Origin: Planctomycetota bacterium
GTDB lineage: Bacteria > Planctomycetota > UBA8742 > UBA2392
DNA: 64,000 nucleotides
Assembly: GCA_015075515.1 (NCBI GenBank)
Contig: JABTUE010000004.1
Span: 457,119 to 521,118, forward strand
Direction of reading: 5' to 3'
In this document: positions 1 to 11,012 of the stretch, one piece after another
Layout of the letters: each line of letters begins with the position of its first letter
How positions within the stretch are numbered: position 1 is the first letter of the stretch
Position numbers and translations under genes: made by a program
The notes under the pieces: model-generated
Told to the model about the DNA's origin: nothing
Seen by the model: the letters and a program-made list of their open reading frames with translations, nothing else
The model's database searches: none

Positions 1-384
1 ATGCTGCGCCAGGAAACGGCCGATCTGGCCAACGTGCGCGTGGACAGTTTTTCGGGCATGGCCGTTGAATACGTGCGCCGCATGGGCTCGCGCGTGATTC
101 TGCGCGGACTGCGCACGTTCAGCGATTTTGAAAGCGAAGTGCAGATGGCCTACGCCAACCGCACATTCGCGCCCGACATTGAAACCGTGTTCGTGTGCGC
201 GACACTCGAGGAAAGCTTCATTTCGTCGCGGCTGATCCGCGAGGCCGCGGCGCTGGACGGCGAGATCGCGCGTTTTGTGCCCGCGCGCGTGGCGGCGCGG
301 CTGCGCCAGAAGTTCGGCCGCGCAAAATCGGGCAGCCAGCGCCGGCCACCGGCCCCGCGGCGGGTTCGCCACCAGCGGCGCTGA
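1..384 (+). CDS. coaD: Phosphopantetheine adenylyltransferase (5'-truncated by window edge)
   Basis: [30 protein letters not shown] matches the CoaD C-terminal half. Confidence 0.92.
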   Translation: MLRQETADLANVRVDSFSGMAVEYVRRMGSRVILRGLRTFSDFESEVQMAYANRTFAPDIETVFVCATLEESFISSRLIREAAALDGEIARFVPARVAARLRQKFGRAKSGSQRRPPAPRRVRHQRR

Positions 385-473
385 ATTGCCGCGCGCCGGG
401 CTTCACGCGTCTTGAAACCCCGGCAAGCCGTCCGCACAATGCCGCGCCGTTTGGATCCCAGCTTGGAACCGCA

Positions 474-1634
<1,161 letters not shown>

Positions 1635-1652
1635 GGAGCCGCGGCGGCTTGC

Positions 1653-1680
1653 TTGACTAATCGGTGCCGTGCACTAGTCT
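1653..1680 (+). promoter_or_regulatory. Putative sigma70-type promoter for the downstream aminotransferase
   Basis: TTGACT-16 nt-TAGTCT in the intergenic gap. Confidence 0.45.
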
Positions 1681-1767
1681 GTTCGCTCTCGTGAGGGGGC
1701 AGCCGAAGCCGGCATGCAAGGAATCTCCGGACAACCGCAGGCCCAGCCAGCACGGCAGAGGAATTTC

Positions 1768-2952
1768 GTGGACGTATTTGCCAAGTGCTATGACTTCAAG
1801 CGCGACCTTGAGGTCCAGGCTGTCGGGTTGTACCCGTTCTTCAAGACCATTGAAGGCAACATGGGCTCGCGCGTCGTCATTGACGGCCGCGAAGTCGTCA
1901 TGGCCGGCAGCAACAACTACCTGGGCCTGACGCGCCACCCCAAGGTTGTCGAAGCCGCGCTGGAGGCCACACGCAAGTACGGAACATCATGCAGCGGCAG
2001 CCGTTACGCCAACGGCACCTACGTGATCCACGTGGAACTGGAAGAGCGTCTGGCGGCGTTCATGGGCAAGCCCAAGGCGCTGTGTTTCACCACCGGCTAC
2101 ACCACCAACATGGGCGCGATCAGCGTGCTGGCCGGCCGCCGCGACATCATCTTGAGTGACCGCGAAAACCACAGCTGCATCATGGACGCCACGCAGCTGA
2201 GTTTTGCCGAAACCAAAAAGTACAAGCACGACGACATCGAAGACCTTGAACGCGTGCTGGAAGGTTCGCCCGCCGATGCCGGCAAACTGCTTGTCACTGA
2301 CGGCGTGTTCAGCATGAAGGGCACCCTGGCCCGTCTGCCCGAGATCGTGCGCCTGAAGAAAAAGTACGGCATGCGCATCTTTGTGGATGACGCCCACGGC
2401 GTGGGCGTTGTGGGCAAGCACGGCCGCGGCACCGCCGAGCACTTCGGTCTTGAGGCTGACGTGGACGTGGTGATGGGCACATTCAGCAAGAGTTTTGCCG
2501 GCCTGGGCGGCTTCATCGCCGGCGAAGAGCGCGTGATCAGCTACGTCAAGCACCACGCGCGCCAGTTGATCTTTGCCGCCAGCATGACACCCGCCAGCGT
2601 CGCAGCCGTGACCCAGTCGCTGAAGATGATCCAGTCCGAGCCGGAACACCTGGACAACCTGCGCAAGGTGGTGGCCAAGGTGCGCGCCGAGTTCAAGCGC
2701 ATCGGGTACGCCATCGGCGAAGAAGCCACGCCGATCGTCTACATCAAGGTTGGCGAGGACATCCAGGCCTTCCAGTTCTGGAAGGACCTGCTGGAACTGG
2801 GTGTCTACACCAACCCGGTGATCACGCCCGGCGTTCCCCAGGGCCAAAGCGGCGTGCGTGCCAGTTTCATGGCCATTCACAACGATCGCGACCTTGCCCA
2901 GGTCATCGAGGCGTTCGAGAAACTGGGCAGGAAGTACGGACTGATCAAGTAG
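1768..2952 (+). CDS. PLP-dependent alpha-oxoamine synthase, serine palmitoyltransferase-like
   Basis: GTG start after GAGG; LYPFF..IE, GSNNYLGL, GTSCSGSRYANGT, DDAHG, MGTFSKS (PLP lysine). Confidence 0.8.
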   Translation: MDVFAKCYDFKRDLEVQAVGLYPFFKTIEGNMGSRVVIDGREVVMAGSNNYLGLTRHPKVVEAALEATRKYGTSCSGSRYANGTYVIHVELEERLAAFMGKPKALCFTTGYTTNMGAISVLAGRRDIILSDRENHSCIMDATQLSFAETKKYKHDDIEDLERVLEGSPADAGKLLVTDGVFSMKGTLARLPEIVRLKKKYGMRIFVDDAHGVGVVGKHGRGTAEHFGLEADVDVVMGTFSKSFAGLGGFIAGEERVISYVKHHARQLIFAASMTPASVAAVTQSLKMIQSEPEHLDNLRKVVAKVRAEFKRIGYAIGEEATPIVYIKVGEDIQAFQFWKDLLELGVYTNPVITPGVPQGQSGVRASFMAIHNDRDLAQVIEAFEKLGRKYGLIK

Positions 2953-2966
2953 ACCGCCCGCCAGCA

Positions 2967-2996
2967 AACACGCCCGTCCGCACGGACGGGCGTGTT
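2967..2996. terminator. Hairpin between convergent genes, probable bidirectional terminator
   Basis: AACACGCCCGTCCG-CA-CGGACGGGCGTGTT perfect inverted repeat. Confidence 0.7.
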
Positions 2997-3010
2997 GCGT
3001 TGCGGCGCGG

Positions 3011-3976
3011 TTACTTGTCGTACCAGATCACGTCCGGCACCAGCCAGTCACACTGGGCGTCGGCCCACGACTCGCGCAGGAAGCGGTCGCTGTCGCCCTT
3101 GAGGTAGCGGCCGAAGAAGGCCGTGGCCAAAGCCGCGATGATGCGGTTGGCGCTGGCCTTGCGGGTGTGTTTGGCGTCGCCGGCGTCGGTGAAGTCAAAG
3201 TGATCCACGTTCTGCAGGGCAACATAGAACTGGTCGCCTTTGGGCGCGTTGTTGTAGCTGCCCTTGCGGCCCAGCCAGTCGTCGTCGGTGCCCACAATGT
3301 GCATGCACGGGATCTTGAGGTCTTCGAAACTGTCGTTGCCGAACCAGGGGCTCCAGCCCTGGGTGTCGGGCGTGCCGCCGCCGGCCAGGGGCAAAATCGC
3401 CTTGACGCGGCTGTCGCGCACGCTGTCGTAGTCGCCGTCCATGTACAGTTGCGCGCCGCCGATCCACTGGGCTGTGCCGCCGCCGAACGAGTGGCCGGTA
3501 ACGCCGATCGCGTCAAGATCAATCCGGCCGGCCAGCTTCGGGTGGTGGTCGTTCCACTGCACGGCTTCATCCATCAGAAAGCTCAGGTCGTCGCGGCGGG
3601 CCACGCATTCGTCCATGTCCAGCACCGCCGCCGCAAGCTGGCCGACATTCAGGCGTGAACTGCTGCCCACGTGCTCGGGCACAACCACGATATAGCCGTG
3701 CCGGGCCAGGTGCCGGGCCAGGTACACGTAATGGCGGCGGTCACCACCCAGGCCGTGCGACAACAAAACCAACGGAAACGGCCCCGCGCCCTCGCGCGGC
3801 AGGTACACGCTGGTGGGCAGGTCGCGGCTGCGTAAGCCGTCGCGCAGGCCGTCAAAATCCAGCCGCTCGACCGAATAGCCGCCCCTGGAGGCCGGGCCCG
3901 TCGGCGGCGGGTCGTTGTCACAGGCGGCCAGCAGCAGTGCGCACAAACCAAACGCGAGCAACGGCGACGTTTTCAT
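3011..3976 (-). CDS. Alpha/beta-hydrolase lipoprotein (dienelactone hydrolase/PAF-AH-like)
   Basis: Lipobox LLAAC; SHGLGG; nucleophile elbow GHSFGG; late His in HFDFTD. Confidence 0.85.
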   Translation of the reverse strand: MKTSPLLAFGLCALLLAACDNDPPPTGPASRGGYSVERLDFDGLRDGLRSRDLPTSVYLPREGAGPFPLVLLSHGLGGDRRHYVYLARHLARHGYIVVVPEHVGSSSRLNVGQLAAAVLDMDECVARRDDLSFLMDEAVQWNDHHPKLAGRIDLDAIGVTGHSFGGGTAQWIGGAQLYMDGDYDSVRDSRVKAILPLAGGGTPDTQGWSPWFGNDSFEDLKIPCMHIVGTDDDWLGRKGSYNNAPKGDQFYVALQNVDHFDFTDAGDAKHTRKASANRIIAALATAFFGRYLKGDSDRFLRESWADAQCDWLVPDVIWYDK

Positions 3977-4046
3977 GGCGATCCCCAGCCGGGGTGGTGA
4001 GCGTGCCCGTGATTATGAATCGGCCGGCAGGCAATTGCAGCAATTG

Positions 4047-4403
4047 TCAGCTTGCCGGTGTCAGGCCGCCCCGGAACATGAAAAACGCCGCCCCGACCAG
4101 ACACAGGCCCGCCCACAGGAAATCCCAGCGCAGTTCCACGCGCATGTAGAAGATGGCAAAGGCCGCGAACACGGCCATGGTGATGACTTCCTGCATCACC
4201 TTGAGCTGGCCCAGGGAATAGACCCGCGCGCCAAGACGGTTGGCCGGCACCTGAAGGCAGTATTCAAAGAATGCCACGCCCCAGGAAATGAGCACGACCA
4301 GCCAGATCGCCTTTTCCTTGTGGTCCTTGAGATGCCCGTACCAGGCGTAGGTCATGAAGATGTTGCTGCCGATCAACAGCAGCGGCGCGTAGAGTTTTTC
4401 CAT
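4047..4403 (-). CDS. DMT-family small membrane protein (DUF486-like)
   Basis: SNIFMTYAWYGHLK, FFEYCLQVPANRLG, QLKVMQEVIT. Confidence 0.88.
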   Translation of the reverse strand: MEKLYAPLLLIGSNIFMTYAWYGHLKDHKEKAIWLVVLISWGVAFFEYCLQVPANRLGARVYSLGQLKVMQEVITMAVFAAFAIFYMRVELRWDFLWAGLCLVGAAFFMFRGGLTPAS

Positions 4404-4443
4404 GACATGCCCCCAACATGCCCTCGGGCTGTGAACCGGCCAT

Positions 4444-5604
4444 CTAGATCACGTTTGCTTCGTCATGCAGGCGCGAGGGGTCGGCAAAACGATCCAGCGC
4501 CAACTGGCTGATGTCCAGCGACCCGGCCCTGCCGTCCAGCACCAGTTCGCTGGTGACCAGTCCGGCGGCCGGGGCGTGCATCAGGCCGTGGCCGGAAAAG
4601 CCGGCGCAGGCGTAGACGTTTTCCATCGGCCCAAGGCGGTCAATGATCGGGTGGTGATCGGGCGTGACTTCGTACAGGCCGGCCCACTTGTGCTTGGGGC
4701 TGGCGTTTGCCAGCACCGGCGCGCGCTCCATGGCCGTCAGAAGCATTTTTTCGCCGTACTCTTCGTTGAAACTGGTGTCAAAGCCGGCGCTTTCGGTCTG
4801 GTCGCTCATGCCGATCAGCACGCCGCCGCTTTCGCGGTGGAAGTACAGCGTCGTGGACAGGTCCACGGTCATGGGAAATGGATCGGCGATTTCGTCGAAC
4901 TTGTCTGTCACGATGATCTGGCGGCGGATCGGGTCAATCGGCACGTCCACGCCCACCATGCCGCCCAGTCTGCGCGTCCAGGCCCCGGTGCACAAAATAA
5001 CCGTGCCGGCCTTGATCTCGCCTTTACTGGTCCTGACACCGGTGGCGCGGCGGCCGCTGGCGTCGCGCTTGATTTCAAGTACCTCGGCGCCGGTCTCGAT
5101 CACAACACCCAGTTCGCGGGCGCGTTTGGCGTAACCCATCGTGATGTCGTTGGGGTCGCCAAAGCCGTCGCGCTGGTGAAACGTCGCGCCCTGTACTCCC
5201 TCAATGTTCACGTAGGGCAGACGTTGTTCCACCTGGGCGGGGGCCAGCCAGTCCACCTTCATGCCCAGTTTCGTCCACATGGCGTGGCTCTTGCGAAAGC
5301 TGGCCACCAGCGCGTCGCTGGTCAGCAGAAAGCAGTAGCCCCACTGGCGGTACTGCAAAGGCTCGCCAATCACGTCGGCCCAGCGCTCGAACACGTCAAT
5401 GCTCAGCAGGCTCAGGCGGGTGTTGATTTCGGTGCTGAACTGGGCGCGGATGCCGCCGGCGCACCTGCCCGTGCTTTCCTGGCCCAGAAACTCGTTGCGC
5501 TCAAGCAGAACAATCCTGCCGGCCTTGCGTTTGGCCAGGTGCCAGGCCACGGAAACACCGATACAGCCGCCGCCAATAACCACGAAATCAGCACTGGTTT
5601 GCAC
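4444..5604 (-). CDS. FAD-dependent oxidoreductase (DAO/sarcosine oxidase beta-like)
   Basis: GTG start after GGAG; VIGGGCIG FAD motif; TPDHHPII; GFSGHGLM. Confidence 0.9.
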   Translation of the reverse strand: MQTSADFVVIGGGCIGVSVAWHLAKRKAGRIVLLERNEFLGQESTGRCAGGIRAQFSTEINTRLSLLSIDVFERWADVIGEPLQYRQWGYCFLLTSDALVASFRKSHAMWTKLGMKVDWLAPAQVEQRLPYVNIEGVQGATFHQRDGFGDPNDITMGYAKRARELGVVIETGAEVLEIKRDASGRRATGVRTSKGEIKAGTVILCTGAWTRRLGGMVGVDVPIDPIRRQIIVTDKFDEIADPFPMTVDLSTTLYFHRESGGVLIGMSDQTESAGFDTSFNEEYGEKMLLTAMERAPVLANASPKHKWAGLYEVTPDHHPIIDRLGPMENVYACAGFSGHGLMHAPAAGLVTSELVLDGRAGSLDISQLALDRFADPSRLHDEANVI

Positions 5605-5692
5605 GGGAACTCCTGCGGGAACGCGCGGAAACATAACGTGGTGCCCTGCGCGCTTCCAGCCCGGCGGCGCCGCGACAGGTGACGGGCCGGGT

Positions 5693-6529
5693 TCAGGCCC
5701 TGGCGGCCAGTGCCGCTTCGATGCGGCTGAAATCTTCGACCGGCAGGGTGCGCTTGCCAAAGTTCACACTGCGCGGGTGGTCGGGCCCGTGAAAGTCGGC
5801 CCCGCCGCTGACCAGCAGCCCCAGCTTGTCCGCCAGCGCCCGGTAATGCTCCTGCACGTCGTGCCGGTGGTCGCTGTGCACGCACTCAATGCCGTCCAGC
5901 CCGCTTTGCCGCAGATCAAACACAATCTCGTCGCCGCGCTGGTACAGACCGGGGTGCGCCACAAAGGCCAGCCCGCCCGCGGCGTGGATTGCCTCAATGG
6001 CCTGTACGGCCTTGAGCCGGTTGTGCTCGACATAGCCGGGGCGGCCCTTGCGCAGATAGCGTTCAAAGGCCTCGCTTTGTGTGGCCACAAACCCCTGCTG
6101 GATCATCACGCGCGCCAGCAGCGGCCGTGCCAGGGCGACTTCGTGGGGGATTTCCGGGTCCTTCAGCGGCACGCCCACGGCGCGAAGGCGCGCGATCATT
6201 TCCATGAACCGTGTGCGCCGGCGCGACCGGATCTCGTCGCACAGACTTGTCAGCGCGCGGTTGCGGCAATTCACGCCCAGGCCCAGCACGTGAATCTCAA
6301 TGCCCAGGCAATCCACTGTGAATTCAACCCCGTGCACCAGCCGCAGACCGGCGCGGTCGGCCTCGGCCTGGGCCTCGGCAACGCCGGCGACGGTGTCGTG
6401 GTCGGTCAGGGCCAGCACGTCAAGGCCGCGGGCTCTGGCCTCGCGCACCAGCGCGGTGGGGGACAACGTTCCGTCCGAACAGATGGAATGGGAATGCAGG
6501 TCAACCTTAAGTGTCGCGTTGGCGGTCAT
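5693..6529 (-). CDS. PHP-domain metal-dependent phosphoesterase (TrpH/YciV-like)
   Basis: DLHSHSICSDG, LTDHDT, AHP, GGADFHG. Confidence 0.9.
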   Translation of the reverse strand: MTANATLKVDLHSHSICSDGTLSPTALVREARARGLDVLALTDHDTVAGVAEAQAEADRAGLRLVHGVEFTVDCLGIEIHVLGLGVNCRNRALTSLCDEIRSRRRTRFMEMIARLRAVGVPLKDPEIPHEVALARPLLARVMIQQGFVATQSEAFERYLRKGRPGYVEHNRLKAVQAIEAIHAAGGLAFVAHPGLYQRGDEIVFDLRQSGLDGIECVHSDHRHDVQEHYRALADKLGLLVSGGADFHGPDHPRSVNFGKRTLPVEDFSRIEAALAARA

Positions 6530-6575
6530 GTGCCCCCAAGGTATGGTCAGGGCGGTGATACGCAAAGGGCAGGCA

Positions 6576-6947
6576 ATGAAGTTTGTGCTTCTGGTGTGTC
6601 TGGGGGGCGCCGTGGGTTCAGGGCTGCGTTACGGCACGGACCGCGCGCTGCTGCACTGGCTGCCGGAACCGTCCCGTGCGTTTCCGTGGGCCACCCTGGC
6701 GGTCAATCTGGCCGGGTGTCTGGCCGCAGGTCTGCTGTACGGCTGGCTTTCGCGCGAGGGCGTGCGTTATGCCGACGACCTGAAACTTCTGCTGATCACC
6801 GGCCTGTGCGGCGGGCTGACCACCTTCAGCACGTTTGCGCTGCAAAGCCTTCAGGTCAGCCCCGGCAAGGCCATCGCCAACGTCGCGCTATCCGTGGCGG
6901 GGGGGCTGGCTCTGGCGTGGCTTGGGCTGTGGCTGACGCGGGCGTAG
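6576..6947 (+). CDS. crcB: Fluoride channel FluC/CrcB
   Basis: GGAVGSGLRY, PWATLAVNLAGC, TGLCGGLTTFSTF. Confidence 0.92.
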   Translation: MKFVLLVCLGGAVGSGLRYGTDRALLHWLPEPSRAFPWATLAVNLAGCLAAGLLYGWLSREGVRYADDLKLLLITGLCGGLTTFSTFALQSLQVSPGKAIANVALSVAGGLALAWLGLWLTRA

Positions 6948-7115
6948 GCCCGATCCGGCCCTTTACGGCGCGCCTGCTGCCGCTATCATCCCGGCCCTTC
7001 GTTGCGGCGTGGTGCGGCCCGTGCGGGCCGCCGCTGCAAAGCTTCTGCTCCGGCGGCGCGGGCTCGGGAAGGCCGCGCAACGCCGGTCGAATCACCCCTT
7101 CCCCGGAATTCTTTC

Positions 7116-8762
7116 ATGCCTGCCCAGGTTGTAGCCCACGCTGTAAACCCGCTGGTCCGCAAGTTCGGACCCAAACCCGAAATCGTCGAGGCCGAACTGG
7201 CCTCGCTGTGGAAAGAACCCTCGGCCGAGTCGCTGGTGCCCAGCGCCCGGCACTTCACCGAAGAATCGCTGGTCAAGGGCCGCGTGGTCAGTGTCGGCAA
7301 GGACCAGATCACCGTGGACCTCGGCGCCAAGACCGTCGGCGTCATCAACACCCGCGAGTTTGAAACCGAGGCCGAACGCCCCAAGGCCGGCCAGGAAATC
7401 ACCGTTTTCATTGAAGAGCTTGAGAACCAGGACGGGCTGATCCAGCTTTCCAAGCGCAAGGCCGACCGCAAGATCAACTGGCAGCGCGTGATTGAAAACC
7501 ACAAGGAAGGCGACACCGTTCACGGCAAGGTGACCAAGAAGATCAAGGGCGGGCTGCTGATTGATATCGGCGTGCCGGCGTTTCTGCCGGCCAGCCAGGT
7601 CAGCATCCGGCGTGCGCGCGATGTCAACGAGTTCATCGGCGAAGAGCTGGAGTGCGAGATCATCAAGATTGACACCGCGCGCGAAAACATTGTGGTGTCG
7701 GCCCGCAAGCTGCAGGAACGCAACCGCGAGCGTCTGAAGGACGCGCTGCTTTCGGAAATCGAGGAAGGCCAGGTACGCGAGGGCGTGGTCAAGAACATCG
7801 CTGACTTCGGCGCGTTTGTGGACCTGGGCGGCATTGACGGCCTGCTGCACATCACCGACATGACCTGGGGCCGGATCCAGCACCCCAGCGAAGCCGTGAA
7901 AATCAACGAGTCGGTCAAGGTGAAGGTGCTGAAGGTAGACCGCGAACGCGAGCGCATCGCCCTGGGCATGAAGCAGCTTGCCGACAGCCCGTGGAAGGGC
8001 ATTGCCGACCGTTACCCGGTGGGCACGCGCCACAAGGGCAAGGTGGTCAACATCATGACCTACGGCGCGTTCATCCGGCTGGAGGAAGGCATCGAGGGCC
8101 TGGTGCACGTCAGCGAAATGAGCTGGACCAAGCGCGTGAACGACCCGCGCGAGGTGGTGCAGCTTGGCGACGACGTGGACGTGATCATCCTGGGCGTGAA
8201 CGAGGAAAAGCAGGAAATCAGCCTGGGCATGAAGCAGCTTGAAGACAACCCGTGGGATCGCGTCAGCGAACGTTACCAGCCCGGCGCCAAGGTCAAGGGC
8301 GTGGTGCGCAACCTGACCACCTACGGCGCGTTCATCGAGATCGAGCCCGGCATTGACGGCCTGCTGCACGTTTCCGACATGAGCTGGACGCGCAAGGTCA
8401 GCCACCCCAACGAAATGGTCAAGAAGGGCGACGAAGTCGAGTGCGTGGTGCTGGCCGTGGACACCGAAAAGCACCGCATTGCCCTGGGCATGAAGCAGAT
8501 GCGCAGCGACCCGTGGGAGGACGAAATCCCCACCCGCTTCAACGTAGGCGCGGAACTCAACGGCACGATCACCAAGATCACCAACTTCGGCGTGTTTGTT
8601 CAGTTGAACGACGACCTGGAAGGCCTGCTGCACATCAGCGAGCTGGCCGACGAAAAGGTCGCCAAGCCCGAAGAAGTGGTCAAGGTGGGCCAGGCGATCA
8701 AGGTGCGCGTGATCAAACTGGACCCCAAGGAACGCAAGATCGGCCTGACCGCCGTGAAGTAG
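7116..8762 (+). CDS. rpsA: 30S ribosomal protein S1
   Basis: Tandem S1 domains (FGAFVDLGGIDGLLHITD, YGAFIRLEEGIEGLVHVSE etc.). Confidence 0.96.
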   Translation: MPAQVVAHAVNPLVRKFGPKPEIVEAELASLWKEPSAESLVPSARHFTEESLVKGRVVSVGKDQITVDLGAKTVGVINTREFETEAERPKAGQEITVFIEELENQDGLIQLSKRKADRKINWQRVIENHKEGDTVHGKVTKKIKGGLLIDIGVPAFLPASQVSIRRARDVNEFIGEELECEIIKIDTARENIVVSARKLQERNRERLKDALLSEIEEGQVREGVVKNIADFGAFVDLGGIDGLLHITDMTWGRIQHPSEAVKINESVKVKVLKVDRERERIALGMKQLADSPWKGIADRYPVGTRHKGKVVNIMTYGAFIRLEEGIEGLVHVSEMSWTKRVNDPREVVQLGDDVDVIILGVNEEKQEISLGMKQLEDNPWDRVSERYQPGAKVKGVVRNLTTYGAFIEIEPGIDGLLHVSDMSWTRKVSHPNEMVKKGDEVECVVLAVDTEKHRIALGMKQMRSDPWEDEIPTRFNVGAELNGTITKITNFGVFVQLNDDLEGLLHISELADEKVAKPEEVVKVGQAIKVRVIKLDPKERKIGLTAVK

Positions 8763-8784
8763 GCTTTTGGTCCGAGGTTGAATC

Positions 8785-8816
8785 AAAGGGCGCCCGCAGC
8801 CGCGGGCGCCCTTTTT
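8785..8816 (+). terminator. Rho-independent terminator of rpsA
   Basis: AAAGGGCGCCCGC-AGCC-GCGGGCGCCCTTT ending in a T-run. Confidence 0.85.
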
Positions 8817-9099
8817 ATCACAGCACGCCGGCAATGCTTAAGTAACGCACGTCTTGCTTGGTGAAGAAAACATTTAGTTGCATAAGTATTGACCGTATAT
8901 GCGCCGCTGGCGCAGGTCAGACACGAAACCGGTGTTGCGCGGCACACACGGGCGTTTACACCGCAGACACACTGGATGTCCTAAAAACCGCTTGTAAAAG
9001 GCATTTCAGTCGTATCACCAGATTGATCATATCGGCGTGTGGCGGAACAGCGCCTGTTTCGCCAGCCGGAGCAGCCTGTTCTGCGAAAAAGTTGATTTC

Positions 9100-9972
9100 C
9101 TAAGTATCAAGTATCGCCCGGTAACGGTTGTGATCCTTGGTAACGCGGCCGACCGGGTATTCGGGCTCGTGATAGAAAAACACCCGGGCGTTGCGTTGCA
9201 CCAGTTTCGGATACAGAGCCTCGCGCGCGCGCCAGCTTCCGCCGGCGTTGATGTCATAGGCGCTGATCCACGCCAGCGGCACGTGGCTGGCCGTGGGCAC
9301 CAGGTCGCCCAGGAAGCAGCCCGATTGCCCCTGATCCTCCAGCCAGATCACCGCGTGGTTTTCCGTGTGGCCGTTGGTGAACTCAAACCGCACCCCCGGC
9401 ACGATCTCGGCGTCGCCCTCAACCAGCCGCAGCCGGCCGCGTTCGGCCAGCGGCAGCAATGAATCCGGCGCGTAACTGGCTTTGTGCAGGTTGGTCGGAC
9501 GGGTGGCGATTTCCCATTCGCCCTTCTGGGCCACGTAAGTCGCGTCGGGAAAGGTGGGGCGGTACGCCCCGTTTTCCAGCCGACACAGGCCCCCGGCGTG
9601 ATCCCAGTGCAAATGCGTGCAGGCCACGGTGTCAACCGATGCGGGGTCAACGCCGAGGGCGCGCACCAGTTCGTCCAGTGTCGGGCCGGCCCGGTCAATA
9701 CCGTAGCGGTCGTGCAGCTCGGGGGCGATGGCCTGGCCGATGCCGCTTTCGATCACCAGTGTGTGTCCGGGCGTGCGCACCAGCAGCGGACGCATGGCCA
9801 TGCGCACGCGGTTGCGGGCATCGGCCGGCAATTGCTGTTCCCACAGGGTCTTGGGCACCACGCCGTACATGGCCCCGCCGTCCAGCGACAGCCAGCCGTC
9901 CAGCAGCGTGGTGACCTCGATGCGCCCGATGCGCGCCGTGGCGTTGCCGTTGAAGTAACGCACTTCGCGCAT
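9100..9972 (-). CDS. Metallo-beta-lactamase-fold hydrolase (YtnP/lactonase-like)
   Basis: LDGGAMYGVVPKTLW, THLHWDHAGG, GHT, GDLVP. Confidence 0.9.
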   Translation of the reverse strand: MREVRYFNGNATARIGRIEVTTLLDGWLSLDGGAMYGVVPKTLWEQQLPADARNRVRMAMRPLLVRTPGHTLVIESGIGQAIAPELHDRYGIDRAGPTLDELVRALGVDPASVDTVACTHLHWDHAGGLCRLENGAYRPTFPDATYVAQKGEWEIATRPTNLHKASYAPDSLLPLAERGRLRLVEGDAEIVPGVRFEFTNGHTENHAVIWLEDQGQSGCFLGDLVPTASHVPLAWISAYDINAGGSWRAREALYPKLVQRNARVFFYHEPEYPVGRVTKDHNRYRAILDT

Positions 9973-10042
9973 GGGGCGGCAGCTCCGGGCTGAAACGAAA
10001 GGCGCCTCCGCGCGGCGGAGGCGCCGGCGGGTCAAGCGCAGA

Positions 10043-10912
10043 TTACTTCTCGTGGTAGACGTACCAAGCCTGCAGGGCGCCGCTTTCGTACACGAACTCG
10101 GCAATCACCACGGTTTCGCGGCCGCGCACGTCCTTGTGCAGCATGTAGTACTGGTGGGTCTCAAAGGGCCGGTGGAGAATCACTTTGTCGGGCTGGCGGC
10201 CCTGAAACCACGAAAACAGCTCGGCGCGGTTGCGCGCGTACAGCAGCGACTCGGCCACGATGTAATCCGAAAACGTGGCTTTGCCGGCACCCTTGAAGTC
10301 GCCGCTGCCGAGTTTTTCCCGGTGGGCCAGCTCCACGCGGTTGAGGTCCGCCTGGGCGTTTTCGGCCTGCTTGCGGATGGCCGGCGCGCCCATGCCCACC
10401 TCAAGCACGGTGTTGAACTTGCGCATGAGTTTGGCCTCGAACTCCAGCAGGTGGCGTTCGCGCTGCTGTTCCTCAAGCGTGTAGCTGTTCCAGCTGACAA
10501 GCTGGTCAGCCTCGAACATCAGGTAAAAGTTGGTGCGGCTCTGGGTGTTGTAACGGCTGTAGAACAGCATGGTGGTGCTGCCGTCGCGGGTGATTTCGTC
10601 GGGTACTTCGGCGATGCGGCGGCGGGCGGCCTCGACGCTGATGCCGCGGGCCAGACGGTTGTGCAGGTCGGCGCGCACGTCAATGCCGTTGCGGCGGATC
10701 CACTGTTCGCGGTCAAAACTGTCCTGGATGTCCAGAAACTCCAGGCGTTCCTTGTCGGTCATGACCTGAAGGTAGGTACTCCAGCGCGTCTTGGTGGGCG
10801 TGGAGGCGCTGCCGATGGCCTGGGGCCCGCGGCCCTTGACCTCAGGGCCTGAGGAACACCCGGCCAGAACGGTGGCCAAACCTACAAACAACGCCAAGGT
10901 TGCGTTTCGCAT
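10043..10912 (-). CDS. Hypothetical lipoprotein
   Basis: Signal peptide with lipobox VLAGC; two SmpA/BamE-like alpha/beta segments (tentative). Confidence 0.7.
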   Translation of the reverse strand: MRNATLALFVGLATVLAGCSSGPEVKGRGPQAIGSASTPTKTRWSTYLQVMTDKERLEFLDIQDSFDREQWIRRNGIDVRADLHNRLARGISVEAARRRIAEVPDEITRDGSTTMLFYSRYNTQSRTNFYLMFEADQLVSWNSYTLEEQQRERHLLEFEAKLMRKFNTVLEVGMGAPAIRKQAENAQADLNRVELAHREKLGSGDFKGAGKATFSDYIVAESLLYARNRAELFSWFQGRQPDKVILHRPFETHQYYMLHKDVRGRETVVIAEFVYESGALQAWYVYHEK

Positions 10913-11012
10913 GGCAGACCAGTTGAACCTGCGGGGGAGACCCCAATATATGCCCAAGAGGGGCCGGCGCAACGGACAATCCGACCTTGCCGCCGGCCCC
11001 GTCATGGCAATG

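Noticed and set aside
6530-6575. Fluoride riboswitch upstream of crcB
   Set aside because: The intergenic gap is only about 46 bp and lacks the GGCGATGG..CGCC consensus.
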